64,000 bases of DNA from Nitrospirota bacterium (lineage in GTDB: Bacteria > Nitrospirota > Thermodesulfovibrionia > Thermodesulfovibrionales > JdFR-88). Positions within the stretch are counted from its first letter, which is position 1. Each line of letters starts with the position of its first letter. Below the pieces are notes generated by a model. It saw nothing but the letters and a program-made list of their open reading frames with translations. It had not been told where the DNA came from and searched no databases. Below, one piece after another: positions 1 to 9,411 of this stretch. The stretch spans positions 4,776 to 68,775 of the forward strand of contig JAKAJM010000004.1 of assembly GCA_021813765.1 (NCBI GenBank), read 5' to 3'. Made by a program: the position numbers and the translations under genes.

Positions 1-823
1 GTTCTTCACGCATTTCCTGAAAATGATCGGGATAAAACAGGAGCCCCTGCCTTCCTATCTTACGGTGGATGAGATCAAGGCCGCCATAACCGTGGGCGAA
101 GAGGCGGGCACGCTTGAGGAGGAGGAAAAGGAGCTTCTGCACAGGGTCTTTGAGTTCGGAGACATGATGGTGTCCGAGGTGATGGTGCCAAGGACCGAGA
201 TCGTTTCCATCCCGAGCACCGCGTCCATTTCGGAGGCCATGGCGCTGGTTAAGGAAGAGGGTTATTCCAGGTATCCCGTTATCGGGGAGAGCGTAGACGA
301 TATCTCCGGCATATTGTATATAAAGGACATCCTTATAAAGATGGCCGAAGGCGCGGTGAACGAGAATACCCCGGTCACGGGGATAATGAGGGAACCCTAC
401 TTCGTCCCCGAAAACAAAATGCTCTCCGAGCTCCTTGACGAGATGCAGAAAAAGAAGTTCCAGATAGCCATAGTGATAGACGAATACGGAGGCACGGACG
501 GGCTCATCACGTTCGAGGACATAATGGAGGAGATAGTGGGGGGCCTTCAGGACGAGTTCGAGGAGATAGAGGCCGAACGCGAGATCGAGATAGTGGATGA
601 AAGGACCTTCATCGTGTCGGGACAGACCGGCATGGACGAGGTAAACGAGCTTGTGGTGGCGGACATGAAATCGTCCGAGTTTCACACCATAGGCGGGTTC
701 GTGTTCGGGCTGTTTGGCAGGCTCCCCAAGGTGGGAGAGCAGATAAGATATCAGAACCTGCGCTTCCTCATCCTTGAGATGGAAGAGAGGAAGATCTCAA
801 GGCTCAAGATAACAAAGCTTTAA
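1..823 (+). CDS. CBS-pair plus CorC/HlyC C-terminal domain protein (CNNM/TlyC-type), 5' end cut by the window edge
   Basis: The frame is open from the first base. It has a CBS-pair region (VMVPRTEIVSIP..., YPVIGESVDDISGILYIKD) and a CorC_HlyC-like tail (FQIAIVIDEYGGTDGLITFEDIMEEIVG). The N-terminal DUF21 membrane part would lie upstream of the window. Confidence 0.8.
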   Translation, partial: FFTHFLKMIGIKQEPLPSYLTVDEIKAAITVGEEAGTLEEEEKELLHRVFEFGDMMVSEVMVPRTEIVSIPSTASISEAMALVKEEGYSRYPVIGESVDDISGILYIKDILIKMAEGAVNENTPVTGIMREPYFVPENKMLSELLDEMQKKKFQIAIVIDEYGGTDGLITFEDIMEEIVGGLQDEFEEIEAEREIEIVDERTFIVSGQTGMDEVNELVVADMKSSEFHTIGGFVFGLFGRLPKVGEQIRYQNLRFLILEMEERKISRLKITKL

Positions 824-953
824 AAAACAAAAATGCTTTTTTGGATTTTTCCTTTTTCTCCTGATTTCAAGACTTGTTCCGTGTGCTTCCGCCAACCCAT
901 GAAACTGAAAGGGAAAGGGAAAGGGCGGCGTTATCCGCTTTTTCTGCCTGTAA

Positions 954-1910
954 ATGGGAAAAAAGAAAAAAGAAGTGCATGTCGTAACCGGGGCGTTCGG
1001 GTTCTCCGGGAAATATATCGCCGGACGGCTGCTGGCGGCTGGCCTAACGGTGCGGACCCTCACCAACTCCCCGAACCGGCCCAACCCTTTCGGGGGAAAG
1101 GCAGCGGCCTTTCCGTATGACTTCGAACATCCTGAGAAGCTGACTGCAGCCCTGTCAGGGGCCTCCGTGCTTTACAACAATTACTGGGTCCGGTTCAATT
1201 ACCGCAACTCCGCATCATTTTCCTACCCGGAGGCATTAAAAAACACCGAAATACTCTTTGACTGTGCCAGAAGGGCCGGTATAAAAAGGGTGGTCCATAT
1301 AAGCATAACCAACCCTTCCGAAGACTCCCCTTTTGAATATTTCAGAGGGAAGGCGCGGTTGGAGCGCTTGCTGATTGGCAGCGGATTGAGCTATGCCATC
1401 CTGAGGCCTGCCGTGCTTTTTGGCAAGGAGGACATACTTATAAATAACATAGCGTGGTTTTTGAGGAACTTTCCCGTGTTCGCTGTTTTTGGCAAGGGCG
1501 ATTACTGCATCCGTCCGGTATACGTTGGCGACCTTGCGCAACTGGCTGTGGAGCATGGCAGCCGGCAAGAAAACTCCATAACCGATGCCGTAGGCCCGGA
1601 GATCTACACGTACCGCGAAATGGTCCGCATGATTGGAAAGGCGCTGGGGAAGAAGCGGCCAGTGATATCCGTTCCTCCCCTTGCGGGCTATATGCTTGGA
1701 TGGCTCATCGGGAAACTGCACAATGATGTAACCCTCACATGGGATGAGATAAAGGGGCTCATGGCTGGCCTGCTTTGCACGGACTCTCAGGCATCCGGCT
1801 CCACAAGGCTTTCGGACTGGGTCAAGGCCAACAGGGACACCATAGGCGCACGCTACAGCAGTGAACTGGCCAGGAGATTTAACAGGGCGGAATCCTATGA
1901 GCGGTTATGA
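954..1910 (+). CDS. NAD(P)-binding atypical SDR / NmrA-like epimerase-dehydratase family protein
   Basis: 318-aa ORF with an N-terminal Rossmann motif (VVTGAFGFSGKYIAG) and SDR-like length and layout. Confidence 0.75.
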   Translation: MGKKKKEVHVVTGAFGFSGKYIAGRLLAAGLTVRTLTNSPNRPNPFGGKAAAFPYDFEHPEKLTAALSGASVLYNNYWVRFNYRNSASFSYPEALKNTEILFDCARRAGIKRVVHISITNPSEDSPFEYFRGKARLERLLIGSGLSYAILRPAVLFGKEDILINNIAWFLRNFPVFAVFGKGDYCIRPVYVGDLAQLAVEHGSRQENSITDAVGPEIYTYREMVRMIGKALGKKRPVISVPPLAGYMLGWLIGKLHNDVTLTWDEIKGLMAGLLCTDSQASGSTRLSDWVKANRDTIGARYSSELARRFNRAESYERL

Positions 1911-2111
1911 CCGCCTGCGACACTGCGCCGGAAGGAGCAAAAATCAGAAAATTCCGGCACGCCCCGCCGGTGAGGCAGTTTTTTTGTCGTGCATTTCAGG
2001 GTGCCCGCAAAAAAACGGTCATGTAAAAATTTTTGTGCAGGGCATTGTATAATCCGCCCTGGATTTCCCATGAACTTTTTTTAATTTTTGGTTTGAAAGG
2101 AGACGTTTAAA

Positions 2112-2477
2112 ATGGGTCCTCAGATATCTCGCGCCGCCGACAAAAATGAATTCTTTACTCCCGAGGGCTGTTACATAGTTGAGTCCTGGAACACGAAGGC
2201 GGACAAGTCTGTTTCAGTCGCGAGGGCCCGCGTATTGCCTGGCGTTACTACCCGTGCGCACAGGCTCTGCGGCACCGAGGAGAGATATCTGATGATCGAG
2301 GGGGCGGGGAAAGTTTCAGTAGGCGGCATGTCCGCGCAGGAGGTCGGGCCGGGAGATGTGGTATACATCCCGGCCGGGACTTCTCAGCAGATATCAAATA
2401 CAGGGGAAACGGACATGGTCTTCTACGCAATCTGCACCCCTCCGTTTGCTTACGCAAATTACGAGGCCCTGGATTGA
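2112..2477 (+). CDS. Cupin domain protein
   Basis: 121 aa with a single cupin barrel signature (GDVVYIPAGTSQQISNTGETDMVFYAICTPPF). An AAGGAGA ribosome-binding site lies upstream. Confidence 0.7.
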   Translation: MGPQISRAADKNEFFTPEGCYIVESWNTKADKSVSVARARVLPGVTTRAHRLCGTEERYLMIEGAGKVSVGGMSAQEVGPGDVVYIPAGTSQQISNTGETDMVFYAICTPPFAYANYEALD

Positions 2478-2496
2478 AAAATGGGAAAATAAAAGA

Positions 2497-2679
2497 CTAT
2501 TTGTAAATGTACGCGTTCAGGCCGATGATCAGCGGCTTCCCGTCAATCGTGACAGATGTCTTCATGTTTCCCCGTGTGCTGGCCACTACAAGAGTTTTGC
2601 CTGACGCGCTCGGTGTTGGCTCCTCCAGGTCGCATGTAATGATGAGCTTTTTGCCTTCTATCTTTGCTTCTACTGCCAT
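2497..2679 (-). CDS. Small hypothetical protein (60 aa)
   Basis: ATG is preceded by GAGGTG about 8 nt upstream. Codon usage matches neighbouring genes. I do not recognise a family. Confidence 0.55.
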   Translation of the reverse strand: MAVEAKIEGKKLIITCDLEEPTPSASGKTLVVASTRGNMKTSVTIDGKPLIIGLNAYIYK

Positions 2680-2717
2680 TTTTGTTTCACCTCTGCGTAT
2701 GGCGCCCCTGTTTTGTA

Positions 2718-2787
2718 AGAACCTGTCTCAAAATCGCTTCTGGCCGCGATTTCAGCCTCTTTCGCTTCAATCAATTTTGAGACAGAT
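2718..2787. repeat. Short copy of a nested-palindrome repeat (arms CTGTCTCAAAAT / ATTTTGAGACAG)
   Basis: Perfect 12-bp inverted arms lie at 2723-2734 and 2774-2785. The copy shares a 23-nt identical left end and about 26 nt of right end with 35648-35819. Confidence 0.8.
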
Positions 2788-2894
2788 TCAAGTAAAAAAA
2801 ATTTAAGACAACTCTTTTTCCGGTTTTTTATTCGAGCACGGCCTTCTGACTGAAGCAGCAAAAGGACAGTTTTTGTCTGTTTTTATTTTTGGGG

Positions 2895-3233
2895 TCAGTG
2901 CAGCGGGCCGGAAGAGATTATTTTCTCCACTTCGACTTTTATGAGCGTCGAAGGTATGCCTCCGTGGATTTTTGGCACGCCGTTTATAAGCACAATGGGC
3001 GCGGTTATGATGCCCTGGTTCAGCAGCTCCCTTATCTCGGAGAAACCGTCCGCGTCATCATTGAAGAGGTCTATGTATTCGACGCTTGTCACGGAAGGGT
3101 AGTTGTAATTGAGGTCGTTCCTCAGCTCGTTGGCTATGAGCTGGTTTTGCTCCTGTTCGCCAAAGCCGGAATCGGTGCCCGGCACCCAGTTGGCCGGGTT
3201 GTCTAATATCTGTATGTGGACCCTGTTCAACAT
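2895..3233 (-). CDS. Hypothetical protein, possibly a thioredoxin-like fold (YuzD/DUF1462-like; tentative)
   Basis: 112-aa ORF directly downstream of panC on the same strand with genome-typical codon usage. The C-terminal ...PIVLINGVPKIHGGIP... resembles YuzD-type proteins. The functional call is weak. Confidence 0.6.
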   Translation of the reverse strand: MLNRVHIQILDNPANWVPGTDSGFGEQEQNQLIANELRNDLNYNYPSVTSVEYIDLFNDDADGFSEIRELLNQGIITAPIVLINGVPKIHGGIPSTLIKVEVEKIISSGPLH

Positions 3234-3256
3234 TTTTTTCTTTTTTTCCTTTGGCT

Positions 3257-4111
3257 TTATTTTAAATCATTTACCAGAAGGTTGTCTATAAGCCTGGTGG
3301 TGCCCACGATAACAGCCCCAGCCAGAACTATTTCTTTTTTTTCAATAGTTTCAAGCTCTTGGAGCGTTTCGGCGTCATATGCGGATATGTACTGCACCTG
3401 GCTTACCAGCGGTTCTTCAGAGAGCGTCAGGCGCATCGCGCCGCTCAGCTGCAGAGTGTCCCTTTGCCCCTCTTTTATTGCTTTTGCCCCTGCATGAAGG
3501 GCCCGGTAAAGGGCTGTAGCTGCCTTTCTCTCCTCCGGGTTAAGGTAGGCGTTCCTGGAGCTCATCGCAAGCCCGTCGGCCTCCCTCACCGTGGGGCAGA
3601 CGACCACTTCAAGCGGCAGATCCAGGTCCCTGGCTAGCCTTTTTATGATGACGGACTGCTGATAGTCCTTTTGCCCGAAATATGCCCTTGACGGCTGGAC
3701 GATGTTAAAGAGCTTTAGCACAACGGTGGCTACACCCTGGAAATGCCCCGGCCTGAACCGCCCGCACATGCTTTCGGATACCCCCACCACTTCTACCCTG
3801 GTGGAGAAGTCCGGCGGATACATGCTTTCCTTTTCCGGCAGGAACACAAAGTCGGCCAGGTCTTCCAGCTTTTCGAGGTCATCGCTTAAGGCCCTGGGGT
3901 AGCGGTCGAAATCCTCCCTAGGGGAAAACTGGATGGGATTTACGAATATGCTTGCCACGACGATATCGTTTTCCGCCTTTGCCGCCCTCACCAGGGACAT
4001 ATGCCCTTCATGAAGCGCGCCCATGGTGGGTACAAACCCGATGGTCCTGCCGCTTCTTTTTTCCTTTATGGAGGTTTCCCTCATCACGCGGGGAAGCCTT
4101 ATGGTCTCCAT
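3257..4111 (-). CDS. panC: Pantoate--beta-alanine ligase
   Basis: Track ORF 3257..4372 trimmed to the internal ATG at 4111 (METIRLPRV...). Motifs PTMGALHEGHMSL and FGQKDYQQ are present. The discarded N-terminal extension is R/G/H-rich junk that overlaps ispG. Confidence 0.9.
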   Translation of the reverse strand: METIRLPRVMRETSIKEKRSGRTIGFVPTMGALHEGHMSLVRAAKAENDIVVASIFVNPIQFSPREDFDRYPRALSDDLEKLEDLADFVFLPEKESMYPPDFSTRVEVVGVSESMCGRFRPGHFQGVATVVLKLFNIVQPSRAYFGQKDYQQSVIIKRLARDLDLPLEVVVCPTVREADGLAMSSRNAYLNPEERKAATALYRALHAGAKAIKEGQRDTLQLSGAMRLTLSEEPLVSQVQYISAYDAETLQELETIEKKEIVLAGAVIVGTTRLIDNLLVNDLK

Positions 4112-5151
4112 TGACTGACCTCCCGGATGAGTTCGTTTAGCAGTTCCTCTTCCTTTACCGTCCTCAAAAGCTTTCCTTTCCTGAAGATCATGCCCATGCC
4201 CTTTGAGCCCGTGATGCCGAAGTCCGCCTCCTTGGCTTCCCCCGGCCCGTTTACCACGCAGCCCATGACAGCCACCTTCACGGGCCTCGGGAGTCTGAGC
4301 CCCCGCAGCTTTTTTTCGGCCAGGGTCGCAAGTCTTTCGATGTCTATCGTCGTGCGCCCACAGGTGGGACAAGACACCAGCTCCACTCCAGACTGCCTGA
4401 GCCCGAGGCTCTCAAGTATCTGCAGTGCCACGCGGACCTCGTTTGCCGGGTTGCCCGTAAGCGAGACGCGCATGGTGTCCCCGATGCCCTCTGAAAGCAG
4501 AACCCCAAGGCCTACCGCGCTTTTCACTGTGCCTACGGAAGGCGGGCCGGCCTCAGATATCCCAATGTGCAGGGGATAATCGGAGCTTTTAGAGAAAAGC
4601 CTGTAAGCCTCCACCGTCGTGGGCACGTTTGAGGCCTTAAGAGAGACCTTTATAAGATCGAAACCAAGCCCTTCCAGAAGGGATATCTCCTTGAGCGCGC
4701 TTTCAACCAGCGCCTGTGCGGAGGGGCGCCCGTACTTTGCAAGCATGCCCTTCTCAAGGGACCCGGCGTTGACGCCTACGCGTACAGGTACCTGCCTGTC
4801 CTTTAGCGCCAGCACCATCTCCTTTAGCTTCCAGCCGGCCCCTATGTTGCCCGGATTTATCCGCAGGCCGTCCACTCCCTGCCTGAGCGCCTCCAGGGCC
4901 AGCCTCCAGTCAAAATGTATGTCCGCGACAACGGGAAGCGGGGAGCCTTTTTTTATAGGGCCAAGCGCCCGTGCTGCTTCCATGTCCGGCACCGCAAGCC
5001 TGATGATCTCGCAGCCCGCCTTTGCCAGCGCCCGGACCTGTCTGAGCGTTGCCGCTGTGTCCCTAGTGTCCGTATTGGTCATGGACTGGACGGACACGGG
5101 ACTTCCGCCGCCAACCGGAACCTTGCCAATCAGTATCTGCCTTGTTTTCAT
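4099..5151 (-). CDS. ispG: 4-hydroxy-3-methylbut-2-en-1-yl diphosphate synthase
   Basis: 350 aa. It has GcpE-type sequence throughout (QSMTNTDTRD, VADIHFD, VSCPTCGRT, GCVVNGPGE Fe-S ligands). It overlaps the panC start by 13 nt. Confidence 0.92.
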   Translation of the reverse strand: MKTRQILIGKVPVGGGSPVSVQSMTNTDTRDTAATLRQVRALAKAGCEIIRLAVPDMEAARALGPIKKGSPLPVVADIHFDWRLALEALRQGVDGLRINPGNIGAGWKLKEMVLALKDRQVPVRVGVNAGSLEKGMLAKYGRPSAQALVESALKEISLLEGLGFDLIKVSLKASNVPTTVEAYRLFSKSSDYPLHIGISEAGPPSVGTVKSAVGLGVLLSEGIGDTMRVSLTGNPANEVRVALQILESLGLRQSGVELVSCPTCGRTTIDIERLATLAEKKLRGLRLPRPVKVAVMGCVVNGPGEAKEADFGITGSKGMGMIFRKGKLLRTVKEEELLNELIREVSQWRP

Positions 5152-6224
5152 TTGGATGTCTTCCCGCTTGCCGCCTGTTTTGTGTTTTTCGCCACCGGAC
5201 CCGCACTCCCTCCGTTTATAAGGGCTTCCTGTCTCTCCTTGAGCTCCGCCCTGGCGTTAAGTATGGCAATCTCTTGCTGCTCGTACGTGACGGAGAAAGT
5301 GTGCGTGCCGTCATAGTTAGACTCGAAATAAAGATAAGGCACCCTGGCAGGGTAGAGGGCCGCCTTTATCGACTTCAGGCCAGGGGAGTCTATCGGCCCG
5401 GGCGGGAGCCCTTTTATCTTGTAGGTGTTGTATTTCGTGCACCTCTTCAGGTCCTGGGCGGTCACGCCTTCGCAAAACGGTTTTACCCCGTAGACCGCGG
5501 TGGGGTCCGCCTGCAGGGGCATCCCTTTTTTGAGCCTGTTGTAAAAGACCCCTGCTATTACCGGCCTTTCGGAATCCTTTACCGCCTCCCGCTCCACAAT
5601 GGACGCCATGGTGAGAACGCTGTTTAGGTCCAGGCCTTCCTCCTGAGCTCTCGCCCGGAGCTTGCCGTCATATACCTGCATCAGTTTGTTCACCATCTCT
5701 GTCAGGACCAGTTCGGGCGGGTCTCCCTTCGGGAAGGAATACGTGGCCGGAAACAGATATCCTTCAAGCGAAGGGGCGTCTATGTGCAATTTGGCCAGGA
5801 ACGCCTTGTCGGTGGCCAGACGGTCAAAGTCCGCAGCGCTCATTATATTTTTTTCAACCAGCTTCTGTCTGATCTCGCGCAGGCTGTCGCCCTCCACAAT
5901 CGTGATCAGGTTTTTACGCATCTTTCCGTTTTTAAGCATCTGAAATATGAACCAGGGGGTCATCCCGCCGTTCAGGTCATAGTAGCCGGCCTTCAGCCCC
6001 CTGTCCGCCCCGGTGAGCCTCGCGGCAATGACGAAGAGTCCGGCATCGCCGATATATCCTTTTTGTTTCAGCATGTCAGCAGCCTGCCTGAATGTGGTGC
6101 CGGGGGCTATCCATATCTCCTCCGGCCCTTTGGCGGGGTCTGCCGGAACTGCAAACTGTATGCCGACGTAAAGGGCCAGCATCGCCACGGAAACGGCCAG
6201 AAAGAACGAGAGCTGTTTTTTCAT
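5148..6224 (-). CDS. mltG: Endolytic murein transglycosylase MltG (YceG family)
   Basis: Track ORF 5148..6407 trimmed to the ATG at 6224 (MKKQLSFFLAVSVAMLALYVG signal anchor). A YceG-like domain is present (ITIVEGDSLREI, ASIVEREA). An ATGA overlap joins it to the ispG start. Confidence 0.85.
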   Translation of the reverse strand: MKKQLSFFLAVSVAMLALYVGIQFAVPADPAKGPEEIWIAPGTTFRQAADMLKQKGYIGDAGLFVIAARLTGADRGLKAGYYDLNGGMTPWFIFQMLKNGKMRKNLITIVEGDSLREIRQKLVEKNIMSAADFDRLATDKAFLAKLHIDAPSLEGYLFPATYSFPKGDPPELVLTEMVNKLMQVYDGKLRARAQEEGLDLNSVLTMASIVEREAVKDSERPVIAGVFYNRLKKGMPLQADPTAVYGVKPFCEGVTAQDLKRCTKYNTYKIKGLPPGPIDSPGLKSIKAALYPARVPYLYFESNYDGTHTFSVTYEQQEIAILNARAELKERQEALINGGSAGPVAKNTKQAASGKTSK

Positions 6225-6465
6225 CTTTTTATTTTTTGTTTTTTTCTTTTTACTTTTCCCGTTTCTCCTCGCAGGGAAAGAAAAACAAAAACCTCCTGAA
6301 AGCACAAAAATAAACTCTCTTTTACAGGGCTTTCTTTGCGCGCTGCCTGGCGGGCAGGCGCATGGCGGAGGAGATACGGCCGTTCGGACCCATCGGTGAC
6401 ATGACATATTTTAACAGATTTTTGATAATTGACCCTTTTTTGTTTTTTAACTAAACTATCTCCTC

Positions 6466-7809
6466 ATGAGAGCGGTGGACCTGATAAGAAAAAAAAGAAA
6501 CGGCGGGGCTCTTTCCGGCCAGGAGATATCTTTCCTGATAGAAGGCAACATCAGGGGGCAGGTTCCCGATTACCAGATGGCCGCCTTCCTCATGGCCGTC
6601 TATAACAGGGGGATGAGCACCGAAGAGACCACCGCCCTTACGGGCGCCATGGTTTCCTGCGGCAGGAATCTGGAGCTTGGGAGCCTGCAGGGCGTAAAGA
6701 TAGACAAGCATTCCACCGGAGGGGTGGGGGACAAGACGCAGCTGATACTTGCCCCGCTCATGGCCGCAATGGGCCTGAAGGTGCCCTCCATAGCGGGCAA
6801 GGGGCTTGGGCACACCGGCGGGACGATAGACAAGATATCCTCCATTCCGGGGTTCAGGACGGACCTGAGGCTTGAAGACCTGATGGAATGCCTGAAGACC
6901 GCGGGGTTTTTCATAAACGAGCAGACGGATGAGATCAACCCGGCCGACAAGAAGCTTTATGCCATGCGGGACGCAACCGCCACGGTGGAGTCCATCCCGC
7001 TTATCGCCGCAAGCATAATGAGCAAGAAGCTTTCCGAGGGGCTGGACGCGCTTGTGCTGGACGTCAAGACGGGCTCCGGGGCGCTGACCAGAGGGCTTGA
7101 GGGGGCAAGGGCGCTTGCGGAGCTGATGGTCGGGATAGGCAATTCAATGGGTGTTATGACCATCGCCCTTATAACAGATATGGATGCCCCCCTTGGGCGT
7201 TCTGTGGGAAACGCCCTTGAGCTGAAGGAGTGCATATCCGCCCTCAAGGGAAGTTACGCTCCGGACCTCATGGAGGTGACCATGACCCTCGCTGCCTGGA
7301 TGCTGCACCTTGCCGATGCGGTGAGCGAGGAGACCCGTCCACAAAGGCTGGGCGAGAACCTGCTTAAAAGGTATAAGGACGAGATATGGGACTACATAGA
7401 GCATGGGGACGCCTTCGCCAAACTGCTTGAGTGTATCGATGCCCAGCACGGAAATCCGGATGCCGTGCTGAACCCTTCGCTCCTGCCGGCCGCGCGCCAT
7501 ATAAAACCGGTACTTTCCCCCTGGAACGGCTATATCACCAGGATGGACGCTTTTGCGGTGGGCCAGGCGTCGGCGCTGCTCGGGGCCGGAAGAAGCAGGA
7601 TGGATGAGGGCATAGACCCGGCGGCCGGGATAATCATAGGCAAAAAACCTGGGGACTCCGTGAAAGCGGACACCCCTTTTGCCACGCTCCACACTAATGA
7701 CCCCTCAAGGCTTAAGGAGGCGGAGGAGGTACTGCTTTCCGGCATCGAGATAGGCGACAAGGAGCCCCCGAGAAGAAAGCTCATACACGACGTTATTCTT
7801 CCCGGCTGA
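6466..7809 (+). CDS. deoA: Thymidine / pyrimidine-nucleoside phosphorylase
   Basis: 447 aa with motifs KHSTGGVGDK and LGHTGGTIDK, plus the C-terminal PYNP domain. Confidence 0.9.
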   Translation: MRAVDLIRKKRNGGALSGQEISFLIEGNIRGQVPDYQMAAFLMAVYNRGMSTEETTALTGAMVSCGRNLELGSLQGVKIDKHSTGGVGDKTQLILAPLMAAMGLKVPSIAGKGLGHTGGTIDKISSIPGFRTDLRLEDLMECLKTAGFFINEQTDEINPADKKLYAMRDATATVESIPLIAASIMSKKLSEGLDALVLDVKTGSGALTRGLEGARALAELMVGIGNSMGVMTIALITDMDAPLGRSVGNALELKECISALKGSYAPDLMEVTMTLAAWMLHLADAVSEETRPQRLGENLLKRYKDEIWDYIEHGDAFAKLLECIDAQHGNPDAVLNPSLLPAARHIKPVLSPWNGYITRMDAFAVGQASALLGAGRSRMDEGIDPAAGIIIGKKPGDSVKADTPFATLHTNDPSRLKEAEEVLLSGIEIGDKEPPRRKLIHDVILPG

Positions 7810-7848
7810 AGATCAACTCGGACCCGGCGGCGTTTTGAACGTTTTCGA

Positions 7849-9411
7849 TCAATCCAGGATCAGGTCTTTTTCTTCCGTTGCTGAGTGCCCCCCGAGCAGG
7901 AAGACAAGCGGAATACAGAGCACGAACACCAATGTCACAAGCAGAAAGATATGGTTGTAGGCAAGCATGCCCGCCTGCCTCATAAGCTGGCCGTCAAGCG
8001 AACCCAGCGCTTTCTGGCGAGGCGTATAGAGGCTTGAGCCTCTGCCCGCCATGGCTGCCGTGAGGGCTTTCATCCGGTTCGCCATGCCTGTGTTGAACAA
8101 GGTAAGGTTATCCACGAGACCTGCCCTGTAGACCTGCTCCCCTCTGGAAAGGGCGGTGGCGGCCGCCGCTATGCCGATGCTTCCGAACACCTGCCTGACC
8201 ACATTAAAGAGACCCGCAGCCGCAGTCATCCTGGACCTCTCTATCGTTGAGAGCACAGATGTGCTCAGGGCGACAAAGATCAGGCCGAACCCGCCCCCCT
8301 GCAGCAGATTGGGTATGAAGAGGTCCCAGAAACCCACTTTAAGAGACATGACCGAAAGCTGCCAGAAGGAGAATGCCACGACAACGAGGCCCGTCCCTAT
8401 CAAAACTCTCGGCCCTAGCCTGTTGTACATGTTTCCGGCAATAGGCATGACCACTGCCATGCAAAGGCCCCTTGGCAAAAGCACCAGCCCCGAGTCAAGA
8501 GCCGGATAGCCCAGGAGTTGCTGGAGAAACATAGGGAGGATGAAAAGCGCGGCATACTGGCCCAGTCCAAGGATGCCCATCAGGAACGTCCCGGACGCGA
8601 AGGGCAGGTTTTTAAGCACACGCAAGTCCACGGCGGGTTTGTCCGCAATGAGCTCACGCCAGATGAAAAGGACCATCCCCAAAATTGAGATCACGGCAAG
8701 ACATACTATGAAATTCGACTGCAACCAGTCCTTGGTCTCGCCCTTTTCAAGCAAGAGCTGCAGAGCTCCAAGCCCCAGAACCAGAAATCCAAGGCCCAGG
8801 AGGTCGAGTTTTCCTTTCTCCCGCTTAAGATACGGCGGGTCATGGAGGAAACGGGTGATGAGGACCAGGTTCAGTATCCCTATCGGAATGTTTATGAGGA
8901 ATATCATTCGCCAGGAAAAATTGTCGGTAAGCCAGCCGCCCAGGGCGGGGCCGAAGGCCGGGCCAAGGACAACGCCGAAGCCATAGATGCCCATCGCCAT
9001 TCCCTGCTCGTCGGGGGGGAAGCTTTCCCTCAGTATCGCCTGGCCAAGCGGAATGATCGCCCCGCCGCCTATACCCTGAATTATCCTGAATACTACAAGG
9101 GAGGTAAGGTCCCAGGACAGGGCGCACAGCAGGGAACTGGCCGCGAAAAGAAAAACGCTCAGAATGTAGAATCGCTTCCGTCCGAACCGGGCGCTCATCA
9201 TGCCCACAAGGGGCATGATGATAACGTTTGAAAGTATGTAGCCGGTGGAGACCCATGTTATCTGCTCCACCGAGGCCCCCAGGTTGCCTCTCATGTAAGG
9301 CAGGGCGACATTTACGATGCTTATGTCCAGGGCCGCCATGATTGTGCCCATTATGACTGTGGCAGATATGAGCCATTTGTTGACAGGAGCGCTGCTCACG
9401 GCCTTGCCCAT
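7849..9411 (-). CDS. MFS transporter, DHA2 (EmrB/QacA-like) drug-efflux family
   Basis: Track ORF 7849..9549 trimmed to MGKAVSSAPVNKW... at 9411. It has many predicted transmembrane segments and MFS motifs (GRKRFY..., ALDISIVNVALP). It lies downstream of, and overlaps, a TetR gene. Confidence 0.8.
   Translation of the reverse strand: MGKAVSSAPVNKWLISATVIMGTIMAALDISIVNVALPYMRGNLGASVEQITWVSTGYILSNVIIMPLVGMMSARFGRKRFYILSVFLFAASSLLCALSWDLTSLVVFRIIQGIGGGAIIPLGQAILRESFPPDEQGMAMGIYGFGVVLGPAFGPALGGWLTDNFSWRMIFLINIPIGILNLVLITRFLHDPPYLKREKGKLDLLGLGFLVLGLGALQLLLEKGETKDWLQSNFIVCLAVISILGMVLFIWRELIADKPAVDLRVLKNLPFASGTFLMGILGLGQYAALFILPMFLQQLLGYPALDSGLVLLPRGLCMAVVMPIAGNMYNRLGPRVLIGTGLVVVAFSFWQLSVMSLKVGFWDLFIPNLLQGGGFGLIFVALSTSVLSTIERSRMTAAAGLFNVVRQVFGSIGIAAAATALSRGEQVYRAGLVDNLTLFNTGMANRMKALTAAMAGRGSSLYTPRQKALGSLDGQLMRQAGMLAYNHIFLLVTLVFVLCIPLVFLLGGHSATEEKDLILD

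Noticed and set aside
908-925. Short tandem GAAAGG x3, poly-A/T tracts (6225-6300 and 24030-24100) and a (TA)n run at about 47372-47382.
   Set aside because: These are low-complexity promoter or leader sequence of trivial length, with no higher-order repeat structure.
4112-4372. N-terminal extensions of track ORFs for panC, mltG (6225..6407), pyrF (46317..46418), purM (51081..51284), the MFS gene (9412..9549), the gmhB-like gene (36513..36623) and the GT-C gene (35420..35464).
   Set aside because: The extensions are compositionally odd and overlap upstream genes or intergenic DNA. Internal starts give canonical protein N-termini and lengths, often with a Shine-Dalgarno sequence.
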